In this document: piece after piece, positions 1-10,749 of the stretch | How the letters are laid out: the number at the start of each line of letters is the position of its first letter | Position numbering within the stretch: the stretch's first letter is position 1 | Origin: Sterolibacterium sp. | GTDB lineage: Bacteria; Pseudomonadota; Gammaproteobacteria; Burkholderiales; Rhodocyclaceae | Length of the DNA: 64,000 bases | NCBI GenBank assembly: GCA_019105045.1 | Contig: JAHRWT010000056.1 | Span: 207 to 64,206 of the forward strand | Direction: 5' to 3' | Translations under genes and position numbers: made by a program | Notes under the pieces: model-generated | Databases searched by the model: none | What the model was told of the DNA's origin: nothing | Seen by the model: the letters and a program-made list of their open reading frames with translations, nothing else

Positions 1-294
1 ATTTCGAAGGAAGACTGGGCGCTAGTCGCAACGCTTGCCCCCAAGATCGCAAGTCACGCAGAACCGCCCTTGCCGGAAAAGCTACGCATCCTCGCGTGGC
101 TTGGCGGCGATACCGGAAAATTCCGTGGCTTTGATAGGCAAGCTCACGAAGCGGCGACGGCAATGGGGGAAGCCGCCAAGCGCAGTGACGGTCAGGCTGT
201 AATTGCAGCCTTTGCCAAGGTGCAGCAAAGCTGCTTGGGCTGCCATCAAAGCTTCCGTCAACCTTTCGTGGAGCATTTTTATGGACGCCGCTGA
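1..294 (+). CDS. Cytochrome c'-like (class II) c-type cytochrome, 5'-truncated by window edge
   Basis: Frame +1 is open from base 1 (ISKEDWALV...); helical Ala-rich sequence with a C-terminal heme motif CLGCH, the position typical of cytochrome c'. Confidence 0.72.
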   Translation: MSKEDWALVATLAPKIASHAEPPLPEKLRILAWLGGDTGKFRGFDRQAHEAATAMGEAAKRSDGQAVIAAFAKVQQSCLGCHQSFRQPFVEHFYGRR

Positions 295-1822
295 TCTCGG
301 TTTCGGCGGCGAAGCTGCCGATGCACAACAAGCTTGTTCTGTCCGCCCCCGCTGGTTGCTTGCCCGAGCTTTCAGTTCCCTGATGCTCGCCGGGCTGGTT
401 ACGGGTTGTGCTGTCGGCCCTGACTTCACGCGCCCGGAACCGCCCGAGGTATCACGCTACACGGTTGCACCCTTACCCGCGCAAACGGCCTCGGCAAAAA
501 CCCCTTTGGGAGAGGCACAGCAATTCCGGTTGAGTGAGGATGTGGATGCGCAGTGGTGGGAAAAACTGGGTTCACCCCGGCTCGACGCACTGATCGAAAA
601 AGCCTTTGAGAGCAGTCCAAACTTGGCGGCGGCCAGAGCCACCTTGCGTCAAGCACAGGAACTGCATTCTGCCCAAGCGGGGGCAACCCTCTTTCCGCAA
701 ATTGATGCGAGGCTCGGAGCGCAGCGCCAACGAATGAGTCCCGGTGCGCTCGGGCAGATAGGTGACGCAAGGGAGTTCAGTCTCTACAACGCCAGCGTCG
801 GGGTGCATTACCGACTGGATCTGGCTGGTGGCAATCGACGCGCACTGGAAGCGTTGGCTGCCCGCACCGATTACAGCCGCTACGAATTGGATGGAGCACG
901 TCTGACGCTTGCGGCAAACATCACCACCACAGCCATTTTGCGCGCTCGACTGGCTGCACAAATCAGTGCCACGCAAGTCATGATTGATGCTCAGGAAGAG
1001 CAGATTACCGTCACTCGAGCGCGAGTGCGCTTGGGCCAAGCCGCCCCGGATGAGTTGTTGTCACTGCAGACCCAGGCCGAGCAGACGCGGGCTGGATTGC
1101 CTTTGCTGCGCAAGCAACTCGACCAGAGCGAGCATCTGTTGGCCACGCTCAGCGGACAAGCACCGGGTTCGGCAGAAGTTCCCGGTTTCACGCTGGACGA
1201 ATTCAAACTTCCCGTTGATCTGCCCGTGGTGTTGCCGTCAGAACTGGTGCGCCGTCGGCCCGACATTCAGGCAGCCGAGGCGCTGCTGCACGCCGCCAAT
1301 GCCGACTATGGCGTTGCAGTGGCCAAGCTCTACCCGCAGATCAACATCAGCGCCAACCTCGGTTCGCAGGCACTGACGACCGGGGCGTTGTTTGGCGGCG
1401 GCTCGGCAGTGTGGAGTGTGCTGGGGCAATTGACGCAGCCGTTGTTCAATCCCGGCTTGCCTGCTGAAAAGCGCGCATCGCTGGCGGCATTGGATGCGGC
1501 GGCCGCAAAATATCAAGGTGTTGTCCTTGATGCATTGCGCAACGTGGCCGATGCATTGCGCGCACTGGATCACGATGCGCAATCGCTGGCATCCCTTGCC
1601 GCTGCCGACACATACGCGCAATCGTCACTCGAATCCGTGAAACGTCAGTATGCGCTCGGCACGGCCAATTACACGCAGTTGCTGATCGCGCAGCAGCAGG
1701 CGCAGCAGAGCCGAATCAGCTTGGTGGCCGCACAAGCGCAACGTCTAGCCGATAGTGTTGCCCTGTATCAATCTCTCGGCGGGGGCAATGTCGGGATCGA
1801 GGAAGTGGCGTCACGAAAATAA
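281..1822 (+). CDS. Efflux transporter outer-membrane factor lipoprotein (NodT/OprM family)
   Basis: Lipobox LVTG-C then AVGPDF; PSELVRRRPDIQAAE and C-terminal LYQSLGGG OMF motifs; ATG 281 overlaps the cytochrome gene end. Confidence 0.92.
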   Translation: MDAADLGFGGEAADAQQACSVRPRWLLARAFSSLMLAGLVTGCAVGPDFTRPEPPEVSRYTVAPLPAQTASAKTPLGEAQQFRLSEDVDAQWWEKLGSPRLDALIEKAFESSPNLAAARATLRQAQELHSAQAGATLFPQIDARLGAQRQRMSPGALGQIGDAREFSLYNASVGVHYRLDLAGGNRRALEALAARTDYSRYELDGARLTLAANITTTAILRARLAAQISATQVMIDAQEEQITVTRARVRLGQAAPDELLSLQTQAEQTRAGLPLLRKQLDQSEHLLATLSGQAPGSAEVPGFTLDEFKLPVDLPVVLPSELVRRRPDIQAAEALLHAANADYGVAVAKLYPQINISANLGSQALTTGALFGGGSAVWSVLGQLTQPLFNPGLPAEKRASLAALDAAAAKYQGVVLDALRNVADALRALDHDAQSLASLAAADTYAQSSLESVKRQYALGTANYTQLLIAQQQAQQSRISLVAAQAQRLADSVALYQSLGGGNVGIEEVASRK

Positions 1823-2160
1823 CAACAGATATCAATCAGCACGGGACTCCCTCAAAGCAATTTCACGCCACCTGCAGTCAAATGGTGAATATCCACGCAT
1901 GACCGACAGGGTTCTGAATCCTGAACACGCGGGCTTGTGCCGGATGGGTGGCGTGCTCGTGCGGACCGCAATATCAATGCGGCAGATCTGAACCAAAACA
2001 ACGCCGATCTTCTACACTGACACTTTACTTTCTCAACCACCTTCCGCTACTCCCGCCTTACTCTCCCTTCAGGCTCATACCTGGATTGGAAAATACTGTT
2101 GTTCGCTGGCTCATTCACAGCTACGCGCTGTAGCCCGCCTGAACCTGATATCATTGCAGG

Positions 2161-2541
2161 ATGCGTTTGCTGATCCTGCTTCTGCTGATGTTTGCCCTGC
2201 CGGCCAATGCCGCCTATACGGCGGCGGCCGGATTGTGTGACACCCTCGCCGGTCACGTACAGACCTGCTCGTTTTTTGGCCATCACAGCCATCCTCACCT
2301 GGCCGATCACCTCGACAGTGCTCACGCACACCAGACCACCGACAAGGACAGCACAAAAACGCCGGGCTGCGACCACAACCATACGCATGCCCATCCACTG
2401 TTTTCGGTACTGCTGCCGACCCTGCCCCAATTGCACGCACCCATGGCACCGCTGACCACAGCTGCGCCGGCGACGGATTCCTTTGTCTCCGCCCTGCCCG
2501 CCCGCCTCGAACGTCCGCCCAGGTCCGCCCTGACCACCTGA
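2161..2541 (+). CDS. His-rich secreted protein, CzcI-like
   Basis: Signal peptide; FFGHHSHPH and CDHNHTHAH; C-terminal LERPP; first gene of the metal-efflux operon. Confidence 0.62.
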   Translation: MRLLILLLLMFALPANAAYTAAAGLCDTLAGHVQTCSFFGHHSHPHLADHLDSAHAHQTTDKDSTKTPGCDHNHTHAHPLFSVLLPTLPQLHAPMAPLTTAAPATDSFVSALPARLERPPRSALTT

Positions 2542-2668
2542 GCCGACGGGACAGCACGTCTTTACGCAGTCGAATTCAGCGCCATTGCCCTCCTGCCAAC
2601 TGTAACCGGAGCGGCAGGGATGTTCGCGTGTTCCGTCGAAACCCACCCGCACTACAGCGAGGCTTTCG

Positions 2669-3883
2669 ATGTCACAGCGCAATTGCAATTGCTTGCACCT
2701 TTTATTCCTGTTTCTTGTCTGTCAAAACCTTCCGCTACATGCCGCCGCCCTGACCGAGCAGGCGGCTCTGGACCTGGCCCTGGCCCGTCCGGAATTTTTC
2801 TCGCTGCAACAAGCCCGCCTGGATGAGGCTGAAACCGCTCTGACGGAAGCGAAGACATGGCCCAATCCCAGCCTGACGTTCGAGCGTGAAGGCTACGCGG
2901 CCTCACACGAACGCAGTTGGCAGATATCCCAATCGCTGGATTTTTCCGGTCGCCGCGACTTGCGCCAAACAGCCGCTCGGCAGCGCATGGCGGCAACAGC
3001 AGCCGATAACCGCAGTCGCCACCATGCGCGCATCGCCACGCTGCGCCAGACATTTCATGCCTTGCTGATGCAGCAGGAACAGATCCGGGCCATCGGCACC
3101 TGGGCCGAACATTTTTCCCGCCTGGAAAATATCGCTGGCAAACTGGCCAGCGCAGGAGAAATTTCCGGCTACGATCGTCGCCGTCTGGCGCGTGAACAAC
3201 AAACTGCCGCCGCCCGCCTGGCCGAAGCCCGTGCCGAGGAAAGTTACCGGCGCAGCCGGCTTGAAGCCCTTATCGGCGAGAAAATCAACGAGCCCCTGGC
3301 TGGCCCGCTACGGCCGGCGCCTCCCGCCGCGCTGGCCACACTGCAAGACAGGCTGACCGCACAACCGGAACTGGTTTCGCTGCATGCACAACTGGCGGCC
3401 GCAGAAACCGACGGTGCCATCGCACAAAACAACCTGCCCGAACTGACACTGGGATTTGGTCGAAAACAGTTGCAAGACGGCCCTCTTCACGATTCGGGCA
3501 ATCTCGTCATGCTGTCGTTGAATCTGCCTTTCTTCGATCGGCAGCAAGCCCGAGAGCAGCAGGCAACGGCACAGCAGCAGGCCGCCCGTGCCGAATACTC
3601 CTTGGCACAGCAGCAGGCTGAAGGCGAACTGCACGGCCTGCACCGTCAGCTCGAACAGTTGATCACGGCAGCCGACAGCTATCGCAGCACGGCCGTGCAA
3701 CCATCCATCGAGCTCATTCGTATTGCCGAAAAAGCTTACCGCGCCGGCGAATCAAGCCTGCTCGAACTGCTCGATGCCTACAAAGGCGCGCTCGAAACCG
3801 AGCTGACGGCACTGGATCTTGAATGGAAAGCCCGCACCGTGCGTATCGCACTCGATCAATTGACAGGAAAAGACCCGCAATGA
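2669..3883 (+). CDS. TolC-family outer-membrane protein of heavy-metal RND system (CzcC-like)
   Basis: WPNPSL, LNLPFFDRQQ and AYRAGESSLLELLDA motifs; ATGA overlap with the next gene. Confidence 0.88.
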   Translation: MSQRNCNCLHLLFLFLVCQNLPLHAAALTEQAALDLALARPEFFSLQQARLDEAETALTEAKTWPNPSLTFEREGYAASHERSWQISQSLDFSGRRDLRQTAARQRMAATAADNRSRHHARIATLRQTFHALLMQQEQIRAIGTWAEHFSRLENIAGKLASAGEISGYDRRRLAREQQTAAARLAEARAEESYRRSRLEALIGEKINEPLAGPLRPAPPAALATLQDRLTAQPELVSLHAQLAAAETDGAIAQNNLPELTLGFGRKQLQDGPLHDSGNLVMLSLNLPFFDRQQAREQQATAQQQAARAEYSLAQQQAEGELHGLHRQLEQLITAADSYRSTAVQPSIELIRIAEKAYRAGESSLLELLDAYKGALETELTALDLEWKARTVRIALDQLTGKDPQ

Positions 3884-5508
3884 AATCTCTCTCTCTGCTT
3901 GCTCTTGCCCTGCTGGCCTGCCTTGCCCTGAGCGCATGCAACAACAAATCTGGCAATGCACCGCCCCAGGATCACAACATGACAGCCCATGCCGCAGACC
4001 ATGCGCATTCCGGCGATCATGCCGACGAACACACAACTGACGAACATCTGCCAAAGCTGGAGTATCTCAGCAGCTTTAATGACAGTACCGAGCTGTATCT
4101 GGAACGGCCACCCTTTTTTGTCGGCCAGCCTGTCGAGGCAGTGGCCTACCTCAGCCGACTGAGTGACGCCAAGCCTCTTCCGGCGGGCAAGGTCAGCCTG
4201 ATACTTTCCGGCAATGGCAAAGAACAGTTCTACCGCAAGGATACGGCTGATGCGCCGGGAATTTTCAGGATTCCCGTCATACCCCAAACAACCGGCGAGT
4301 TCACACTGAGTCTGTTGGTTGAAACCAGCGCCGGCAGCAGCCGTCACGCACTCGGTTCCATTCCCGTATTTGCCGATCTTGCGGCCGCCGCAGCCGCCCA
4401 CCAGCACCACAGTCACGGCCGGAAAGCCCACGGCATCACATTTACCAAGGCACAGCAATGGCGCAACGACTTCGCCACCACGGCAGTCGCCCATGGTCCG
4501 CTCCAGCCAAGCATTCGCGCAACCGCTGTCATCAAGGCACCTGCCGATGACGAAACGCTGCTGTTATCGCCAGCCATCGGCATCCTGCGCCCGGCAGGCC
4601 GTCTCGTGCATATCGGCCAGACGGTAAAGAAATCCCAGATACTGGCTTATCTGGCACCGCGGTCGGGCGGCGAAACCGACCAGGCCAGTTTGCAGGCAGC
4701 CACCCAGCGCGCGCGGATTGCACTTGCACAGGCACAACGCGAACGCGTCCGCATGGAATCGCTGTTTCAGGATGAAGCAATTGCCGAAAAACGCGTGCTC
4801 GAAGCGCGCGACAACGAGCACCTGGCCGCTGCCGAATTGCGTGTCGCACAGGCCCGGCAAGGGCAGCTCACCGGCAATGACGGTATCGCCATACGTGCGC
4901 CCATCGACGGCACCATCGTCGATCTCGGCGTGAGAGCAGGTGCGCTGGTGGACGAAGGCGATCTGCTGTTCCACATCGCCAACACCAGCAAATTGTGGCT
5001 GGAAGCGCGCGTCGCGGAAACAGACATCGCTCGCCTGGGCAGCCAGGATGTGCAAAGACTGACCGGCGCACGCTTCACCATCGATGGCGACAACCAACCT
5101 GTTGTCATTGTTCCCGAAAAAAATGGCCGGCTGATTGCTGTTGGTGGCGTAATTGATGACAGCACGCGCACCGTGCCCGTCATTTTTGAATTCGACAATC
5201 CAGGCAATCTACGGCTGGGGATGCTGGCCAGTGCGCAACTGCTGGTGGCCGCAAAAAATCATGACGGTACTGAAAACTCTCTGTTGATACCGACCAGTGC
5301 CGTGCAGGATGAAAACGGCATGGCCATCGCCTATGTACAACTGGGAGGAGAAAGTTTCGAACGCCGCCTGCTTCGCTTGGGGGCGCGTGACGATGCACAG
5401 GTTGCCGTTCTCGACGGACTGACGCTGGGCGAACGGGTTGTCAGTCGAGGCGCCCACCTGATCCGCCTGACGACAGCAATGGCCACTGCCGTCGGCCACA
5501 CTCACTGA
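3880..5508 (+). CDS. Periplasmic adaptor (membrane fusion protein) of heavy-metal RND system, CzcB-like lipoprotein
   Basis: Lipobox LSA-C; His-rich segments; IRAPIDGTI biotinyl-lipoyl-like motif; GLTLGERVV; ends GHTH. Confidence 0.9.
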   Translation: MKSLSLLALALLACLALSACNNKSGNAPPQDHNMTAHAADHAHSGDHADEHTTDEHLPKLEYLSSFNDSTELYLERPPFFVGQPVEAVAYLSRLSDAKPLPAGKVSLILSGNGKEQFYRKDTADAPGIFRIPVIPQTTGEFTLSLLVETSAGSSRHALGSIPVFADLAAAAAAHQHHSHGRKAHGITFTKAQQWRNDFATTAVAHGPLQPSIRATAVIKAPADDETLLLSPAIGILRPAGRLVHIGQTVKKSQILAYLAPRSGGETDQASLQAATQRARIALAQAQRERVRMESLFQDEAIAEKRVLEARDNEHLAAAELRVAQARQGQLTGNDGIAIRAPIDGTIVDLGVRAGALVDEGDLLFHIANTSKLWLEARVAETDIARLGSQDVQRLTGARFTIDGDNQPVVIVPEKNGRLIAVGGVIDDSTRTVPVIFEFDNPGNLRLGMLASAQLLVAAKNHDGTENSLLIPTSAVQDENGMAIAYVQLGGESFERRLLRLGARDDAQVAVLDGLTLGERVVSRGAHLIRLTTAMATAVGHTH

Positions 5509-5519
5509 GGCCAGTTGAC

Positions 5520-8500
5520 ATGATAGGACAGATCATTGAATGGTCACTGCGCAACCGCCTGTTTGTGGTGATCGGCGCCTTGCTGCTGCTCATCTGGGGC
5601 ACGCTGGAAAGCCTACGCACGCCGGTCGATGTTTTTCCGGATCTGACTGCCCCCACGGTCACGGTCGTCAGCGAAGTGCCCGGCATGTCGCCCGGCGACA
5701 TCGAAACCCTGGTGACTTTCCCCATCGAAGCCACGCTGAACGGGGCACCGGGCGTGCGCCGCGTGCTGTCTTCGAGCAAGATCGGCCTTTCGATCATCAC
5801 CGTCGAATTCGCCTGGGGCACCGACAGTTATCTGGCGCGGCAGATCGTCTCGGAAAAACTCCAGTTGGCCCAGGCCAGTCTGCCAGCAAGAATGGAACCG
5901 CCGGTCATGGCGCCGGCCGCATCCATCATGGGCGAAATCATGTTCATCGCCCTGACCTGGGACAATCCGCAACAGGCTCCAGACAACGGCACGGTGCTGC
6001 TGAAGAACACGGCGGATCATGTACTGCGCAAGCGCTTGCTGGCCGTGCCTGGCGTGGCGGAAATCCTGCCCATTGGCGGCGACCTGCAGCAGTACCAGGT
6101 CACGCTGAAGCCGGACTTGCTGGCCGCCTACGGCTTGACGATCGACGAGGCCATCAAGGCCGCCAGCGACAGCAACAGGAATGCAACAGCGGGTTTTTAC
6201 AGCGAAAACGGCCAGGAATATCTGATCCAGGGCATCGGCCGTGTGCGCACGCTGGATGACATCGCCGATGCCGTCGTGGCGATGCGCAAGGGCCAACCCG
6301 TGCTGTTGCGAAACATCGCCGATATCACGCTGGACACGGCCATCACGCGCGGCATCGGCTCAACCAACGGCAAACCTGCCGTCGTGCTGGGCATACAGCG
6401 CCAGCCTGCCGCCAATACCCTGGCACTGACCCGGGCACTCGACAAGATGCTGGCCGAAATCCAGGCAGAGCTGCCTGCCGGCATGAAGATAGAAACGCGG
6501 TTGTTCCGCCAGGCCGACTTCATCGAAACGTCGATTGGCAATCTGCTCTCCGCCTTGCGTGATGGCGCCATTCTGCTGGTCATCATCGTATTTGGCTTTC
6601 TGCTCTCAGCCCGCTCGACGGCCATCACCCTGCTCGCCCTGCCTCTGTCCATCGTAACGACCGTACTGATCATGACGGCGCTGGGTGCCACCATCAACAC
6701 CATGACGCTGGGCGGCATTGCCATCGCTCTGGGCGCCCTGGTTGATGATGCCATCATCGTGGTGGAAAACATCGTCCGTCGCCTCAGGGAAAACCAGCAA
6801 AGACCCACAGGACAGCGCCATCCGCTGGTCCAGGTCGTCCTGCAGGCAACTCGTGAAATCCAAGGCTCGATCGTGTTTGCCACACTGATCATCATGTTGG
6901 TTTTCACCCCGCTCTTTTTTCTTTCTGGTATCGAAGGCCGCTTGATGGTACCGCTGGGACTGGCCTACGTAATTTCGCTGTTCGCCTCGCTATTGGTTTC
7001 GATCACCATCACACCGGTACTGGCGTCGATGTTTCTTGGCCGGACAAAGGCGGTCATCAAACATCGCGAAGCGGGCTTCGTCATCCACCTGCGCAGCGCA
7101 TACCGACGCCTGCTTGAGCGCAATCTGCATCGCTGGAAACCCATTACCTGCCTTGGCGGCCTGTTGCTGCTGGCGGCGCTGTTTGGTCTTGGCAGCGCTG
7201 GCCAGTCATTCCTGCCGGACTTCAATGAAGGCACTTTGACAATCGGTGTCGAAACCCTGCCGGGCACGGCTCTCGATGAATCTGCCCGATTCGGTCAGCA
7301 AGTCGAAGAAATCCTGTTGAGCCATCCCGAGGTGACTGCCACCGCCCGACGCACTGGCCGTTCGCCACTGGATCCCCATGCGCTGGATGTGCATCAGTCA
7401 GAAATCGAAGTCAATCTGCACATGCAAGAGCGCAGCAAGGAAGAATTCCTGGCTGCCTTGCGGGCAGACTTTTCCAGACTGGCCGGGGTGCAGATCGTCA
7501 TTGGTCAGCCCATCTCGCACCGTATCGACCACATGCTTTCCGGAACGCGCGCCAACATCGCCGTAAAAATCTTTGGCCCCGATCAGCGCGAACTGCGCCG
7601 GCTTGCCGAAGAAATCAGACAAGTCATGCAGCAGGTCAAGGGGGCCGTGGATGTGCAACCCGAACAGCAGACCGACGTTCCTTTCCTGACATTGCACTAC
7701 AAACGCGACGCCCTGGCGCGCCATGGTCTTTCCGTCGCCGAACTGTCAGCGGCCGTGGAAACGGCTTTCCATGGTCTGACCGTCAGCCAGGTTCTGCAAG
7801 GTCAGGCCAGTTTTGATCTGGTCGTGCGCTACGACCCAGCCAATCGGGCCAGCCTCGCTGCCCTGCGCAATACCCTGATCACCACCCCCGCCGGCGCCCA
7901 CCTGCCTCTTTCCGCGCTGGCAGATGTGCAGAACGACCGGGGACCTTATCTCATCAACCGCGAAAATTCACAACGCAAGATGGTGGTCATGGCCAACGTT
8001 GCTGGACGCGATCTGAAAAGCGTCGTCGAAGAAATGCAGCTCAAGATCGGCAACGAAATCAGCCTGCCCAGCGGCTACCACATCGAGTTTGGCGGCCAGT
8101 TCGAATCTGCGCGCAACGCCGCACGGATACTGGCACTACTCGGCCTGATCGTCATGGCAGGCATTTTTCTGCTGCTGTTCATTGCCTTTCACACAACGCG
8201 CGACGCCCTGCTGGTCATGCTCAACCTGCCGCTTTCCCTGATCGGCGGCGTGGTGGGCGTTTATCTGACGGGCGGAGTCATCACCCTTGCCTCCATCATC
8301 GGCTTCATCACCTTGTTCGGCATCGCCACGCGCAACGGCGTGATGATGATCAGCCATATCCATCATCTGTTCATCCATGAACAGATCAACGATGTGCGCA
8401 GCGCCATCCTGCGCGGCGCCGAAGAACGCCTGATCCCCATCCTGATGACGGCACTGGCCGCCGGCCTGGCGCTGTTGCCCCTGGTGCTGTCAGCCGGCCA

Positions 8501-8669
8501 GCCTGGCTCGGAAATCCAGGCACCCATGGCTATCGTCATACTTTGCGGCCTGTTGAGTTCGACCGTGCTCAACATGATCGTTGTGCCAACACTCTATTTG
8601 CGCTTCGGTGCGCTGCAGCACAGGTCACTGCATGAAAGACTGCGCCAGGACGACACGATGAAAAACTGA
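5520..8669 (+). CDS. CusA/CzcA-family heavy-metal efflux RND permease
   Basis: 1049 aa; PVDVFPDL, TM4 LVDDAIIVVEN, GIEGRL, ERLIPILMT motifs. Confidence 0.95.
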   Translation: MIGQIIEWSLRNRLFVVIGALLLLIWGTLESLRTPVDVFPDLTAPTVTVVSEVPGMSPGDIETLVTFPIEATLNGAPGVRRVLSSSKIGLSIITVEFAWGTDSYLARQIVSEKLQLAQASLPARMEPPVMAPAASIMGEIMFIALTWDNPQQAPDNGTVLLKNTADHVLRKRLLAVPGVAEILPIGGDLQQYQVTLKPDLLAAYGLTIDEAIKAASDSNRNATAGFYSENGQEYLIQGIGRVRTLDDIADAVVAMRKGQPVLLRNIADITLDTAITRGIGSTNGKPAVVLGIQRQPAANTLALTRALDKMLAEIQAELPAGMKIETRLFRQADFIETSIGNLLSALRDGAILLVIIVFGFLLSARSTAITLLALPLSIVTTVLIMTALGATINTMTLGGIAIALGALVDDAIIVVENIVRRLRENQQRPTGQRHPLVQVVLQATREIQGSIVFATLIIMLVFTPLFFLSGIEGRLMVPLGLAYVISLFASLLVSITITPVLASMFLGRTKAVIKHREAGFVIHLRSAYRRLLERNLHRWKPITCLGGLLLLAALFGLGSAGQSFLPDFNEGTLTIGVETLPGTALDESARFGQQVEEILLSHPEVTATARRTGRSPLDPHALDVHQSEIEVNLHMQERSKEEFLAALRADFSRLAGVQIVIGQPISHRIDHMLSGTRANIAVKIFGPDQRELRRLAEEIRQVMQQVKGAVDVQPEQQTDVPFLTLHYKRDALARHGLSVAELSAAVETAFHGLTVSQVLQGQASFDLVVRYDPANRASLAALRNTLITTPAGAHLPLSALADVQNDRGPYLINRENSQRKMVVMANVAGRDLKSVVEEMQLKIGNEISLPSGYHIEFGGQFESARNAARILALLGLIVMAGIFLLLFIAFHTTRDALLVMLNLPLSLIGGVVGVYLTGGVITLASIIGFITLFGIATRNGVMMISHIHHLFIHEQINDVRSAILRGAEERLIPILMTALAAGLALLPLVLSAGQPGSEIQAPMAIVILCGLLSSTVLNMIVVPTLYLRFGALQHRSLHERLRQDDTMKN

Positions 8670-8832
8670 ACCAAAGACCGAATCCGGACTGCCGTTATAA
8701 TGCCCGCCTTGCCGCGCCAGCCCATGGGCACACCGCGCGACAAACACTGAAGACACTGGCCTGGGTGCGGCGCAATGCATCGCATAGCCATTCACCATTC
8801 ATTCAGTGCCATCCAGAAACCAGGGACACTTT

Positions 8833-10719
8833 GTGGACTCATCGCAACATAGCAAGGAACGACTCTCCACGCTGTCGCTTGCCGCGCTTGGCGTCGTATT
8901 TGGCGACATCGGCACCAGCCCCCTTTACGCGATGAAGGAGGTTTTTGTCGGCACTCACCATCCGGTACCCATTACGCCAGAAAACGTGCTCGGCATACTT
9001 TCGCTCATTTTCTGGGCGCTGCTGATCGTCGTCACGGTCAAATACATTGCCTTCATCATGCGCGCCGACAACAAAGGCGAAGGCGGCATCATGGCCTTGA
9101 TGGCACTGGCCTTGCGCCACCTGCCGGAAAACTCGTTTTCCCGCAAACTGGTGCTGATGCTGGGACTGTTCGGTGCCGCCCTGTTTTATGGTGATGGCGT
9201 GGTCACACCATCGATTTCGGTACTGTCCGCCATTGAAGGACTGGAAATCATCACGCCCAGTTTTCGTCCTTTCATCATCCCGATCACACTGACTGTACTG
9301 ATCGCCCTGTTCATGATGCAAAGCCGCGGCACTGCCAGCGTCGGCCGGCTGTTCGGCCCGGTCATGCTGTTCTGGTTCTGCACCCTGGCCGTACTTGGCT
9401 TGATCAACATCTATGCCACGCCGACAGTGCTCGAAGCACTTAATCCGTATTACGGTTTCCTTTTTCTGCAGACCAGCCCGCTGCTTGGTTTTCTTGCCCT
9501 GGGTGCCGTCGTCCTGGTGCTCACCGGCGCCGAAGCGCTGTATGCCGACATGGGACACTTCAGTCGCAAGCCCATCCAGCTGGCCTGGCTCTTTCTCGTA
9601 CTGCCCGCGCTCGTCATCAACTATTTCGGCCAGGGCGCGCTGTTGTTGAGCAACCCCGCCGCCATCGAAAACCCCTTTTACCTGCTGGCACCTGAATGGG
9701 CCATGTATCCACTGGTGGCCGTTGCCACCATGGCCACGGTCATTGCCTCCCAGGCGGTCATCACCGGCGCATTCTCGGTCACCCAGCAAGCCATGCAGCT
9801 CGGCTACACCCCGCGCCTGCAGATTCTGCACACTTCCGGCGCCCAGATCGGACAGATCTACATCCCCGCCATCAACTGGATGATGCTGGTGACCGTCATT
9901 GCCCTGGTGCTGGGCTTCCGTTCCTCGAGCAATCTTGCGGCAGCCTACGGCATTGCCGTTACCGGCACCATGTTCACCACCAGCGTCCTCGCCTATTTCG
10001 TGGCGCACAAGCTGTGGGGCTGGAATCCGTGGCGCGCGTTCTTCGGCGCTCTGCCGTTTGTTTGCATTGACTTGGCTTTTCTTTCCGCCTGCTCGGTGAA
10101 AATCATCGACGGCGGCTGGTTCCCGCTGATTTTCGGCCTGCTGCTGTTCCTGCTGCTCACCACCTGGAAGCGCGGCCGCGCGCTGCTGCAAAAGCGCCTC
10201 TCCGAAGAAGCCATCGAACTGTCGCCCTTCATCCAGGGCATGGGCCGCGACAGCGGCATCGCCCGGGTGGCCGGTACGGCCGTCTATCTGACCGGCAATC
10301 TGCAGGGCGTGCCGCACGCCATGCTGCACAGCCTCAAGCACTACAAGGTGCTGCACGAACGCGTCGTGCTGGTGGCGGTCAATGTGCTGGACATTCCCTA
10401 TGTCAGCGATGCCCAACGCGTCACTGTGGAGCCGCTGCCCAACCACTTCTGGCGCGTGAAAGTGTTCTACGGCTTCATGGACGAACCCAACCTGCCTGAA
10501 GCGCTCGACTGGTGCGCCGAGCAAGGACTGGACTTCGACATGATGGACACTTCATTCTTCATCGGCCGTGAAACCCTGATCGCCCGGGCGAATTCAGAAA
10601 TGAACTTCTGGCGCGAAAAAATCTTCATCGCCATGTCGCGCAACGCCAGCAGCGTGGCCAGCTTCTTCAAGCTGCCGGCAAACCGCGTCGTCGAAATGGG
10701 CTCGCAGATATTACTCTGA
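8833..10719 (+). CDS. kup: Potassium uptake transporter Kup
   Basis: GVVFGDIGTSPLYA, ADNKGEGG, GAEALYADMGHF, AAAYGIAVTGTM; start (GTG 8833 or 8806) uncertain. Confidence 0.96.
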   Translation: MDSSQHSKERLSTLSLAALGVVFGDIGTSPLYAMKEVFVGTHHPVPITPENVLGILSLIFWALLIVVTVKYIAFIMRADNKGEGGIMALMALALRHLPENSFSRKLVLMLGLFGAALFYGDGVVTPSISVLSAIEGLEIITPSFRPFIIPITLTVLIALFMMQSRGTASVGRLFGPVMLFWFCTLAVLGLINIYATPTVLEALNPYYGFLFLQTSPLLGFLALGAVVLVLTGAEALYADMGHFSRKPIQLAWLFLVLPALVINYFGQGALLLSNPAAIENPFYLLAPEWAMYPLVAVATMATVIASQAVITGAFSVTQQAMQLGYTPRLQILHTSGAQIGQIYIPAINWMMLVTVIALVLGFRSSSNLAAAYGIAVTGTMFTTSVLAYFVAHKLWGWNPWRAFFGALPFVCIDLAFLSACSVKIIDGGWFPLIFGLLLFLLLTTWKRGRALLQKRLSEEAIELSPFIQGMGRDSGIARVAGTAVYLTGNLQGVPHAMLHSLKHYKVLHERVVLVAVNVLDIPYVSDAQRVTVEPLPNHFWRVKVFYGFMDEPNLPEALDWCAEQGLDFDMMDTSFFIGRETLIARANSEMNFWREKIFIAMSRNASSVASFFKLPANRVVEMGSQILL

Positions 10720-10749
10720 GTCCCACCTGACAGCTTCGAAACAGCCGGA

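Noticed and set aside
8839-10524. 561-aa antisense ORF over kup
   Set aside because: Shadow ORF expected from high-GC codon bias; no motifs; fully overlaps a confident gene
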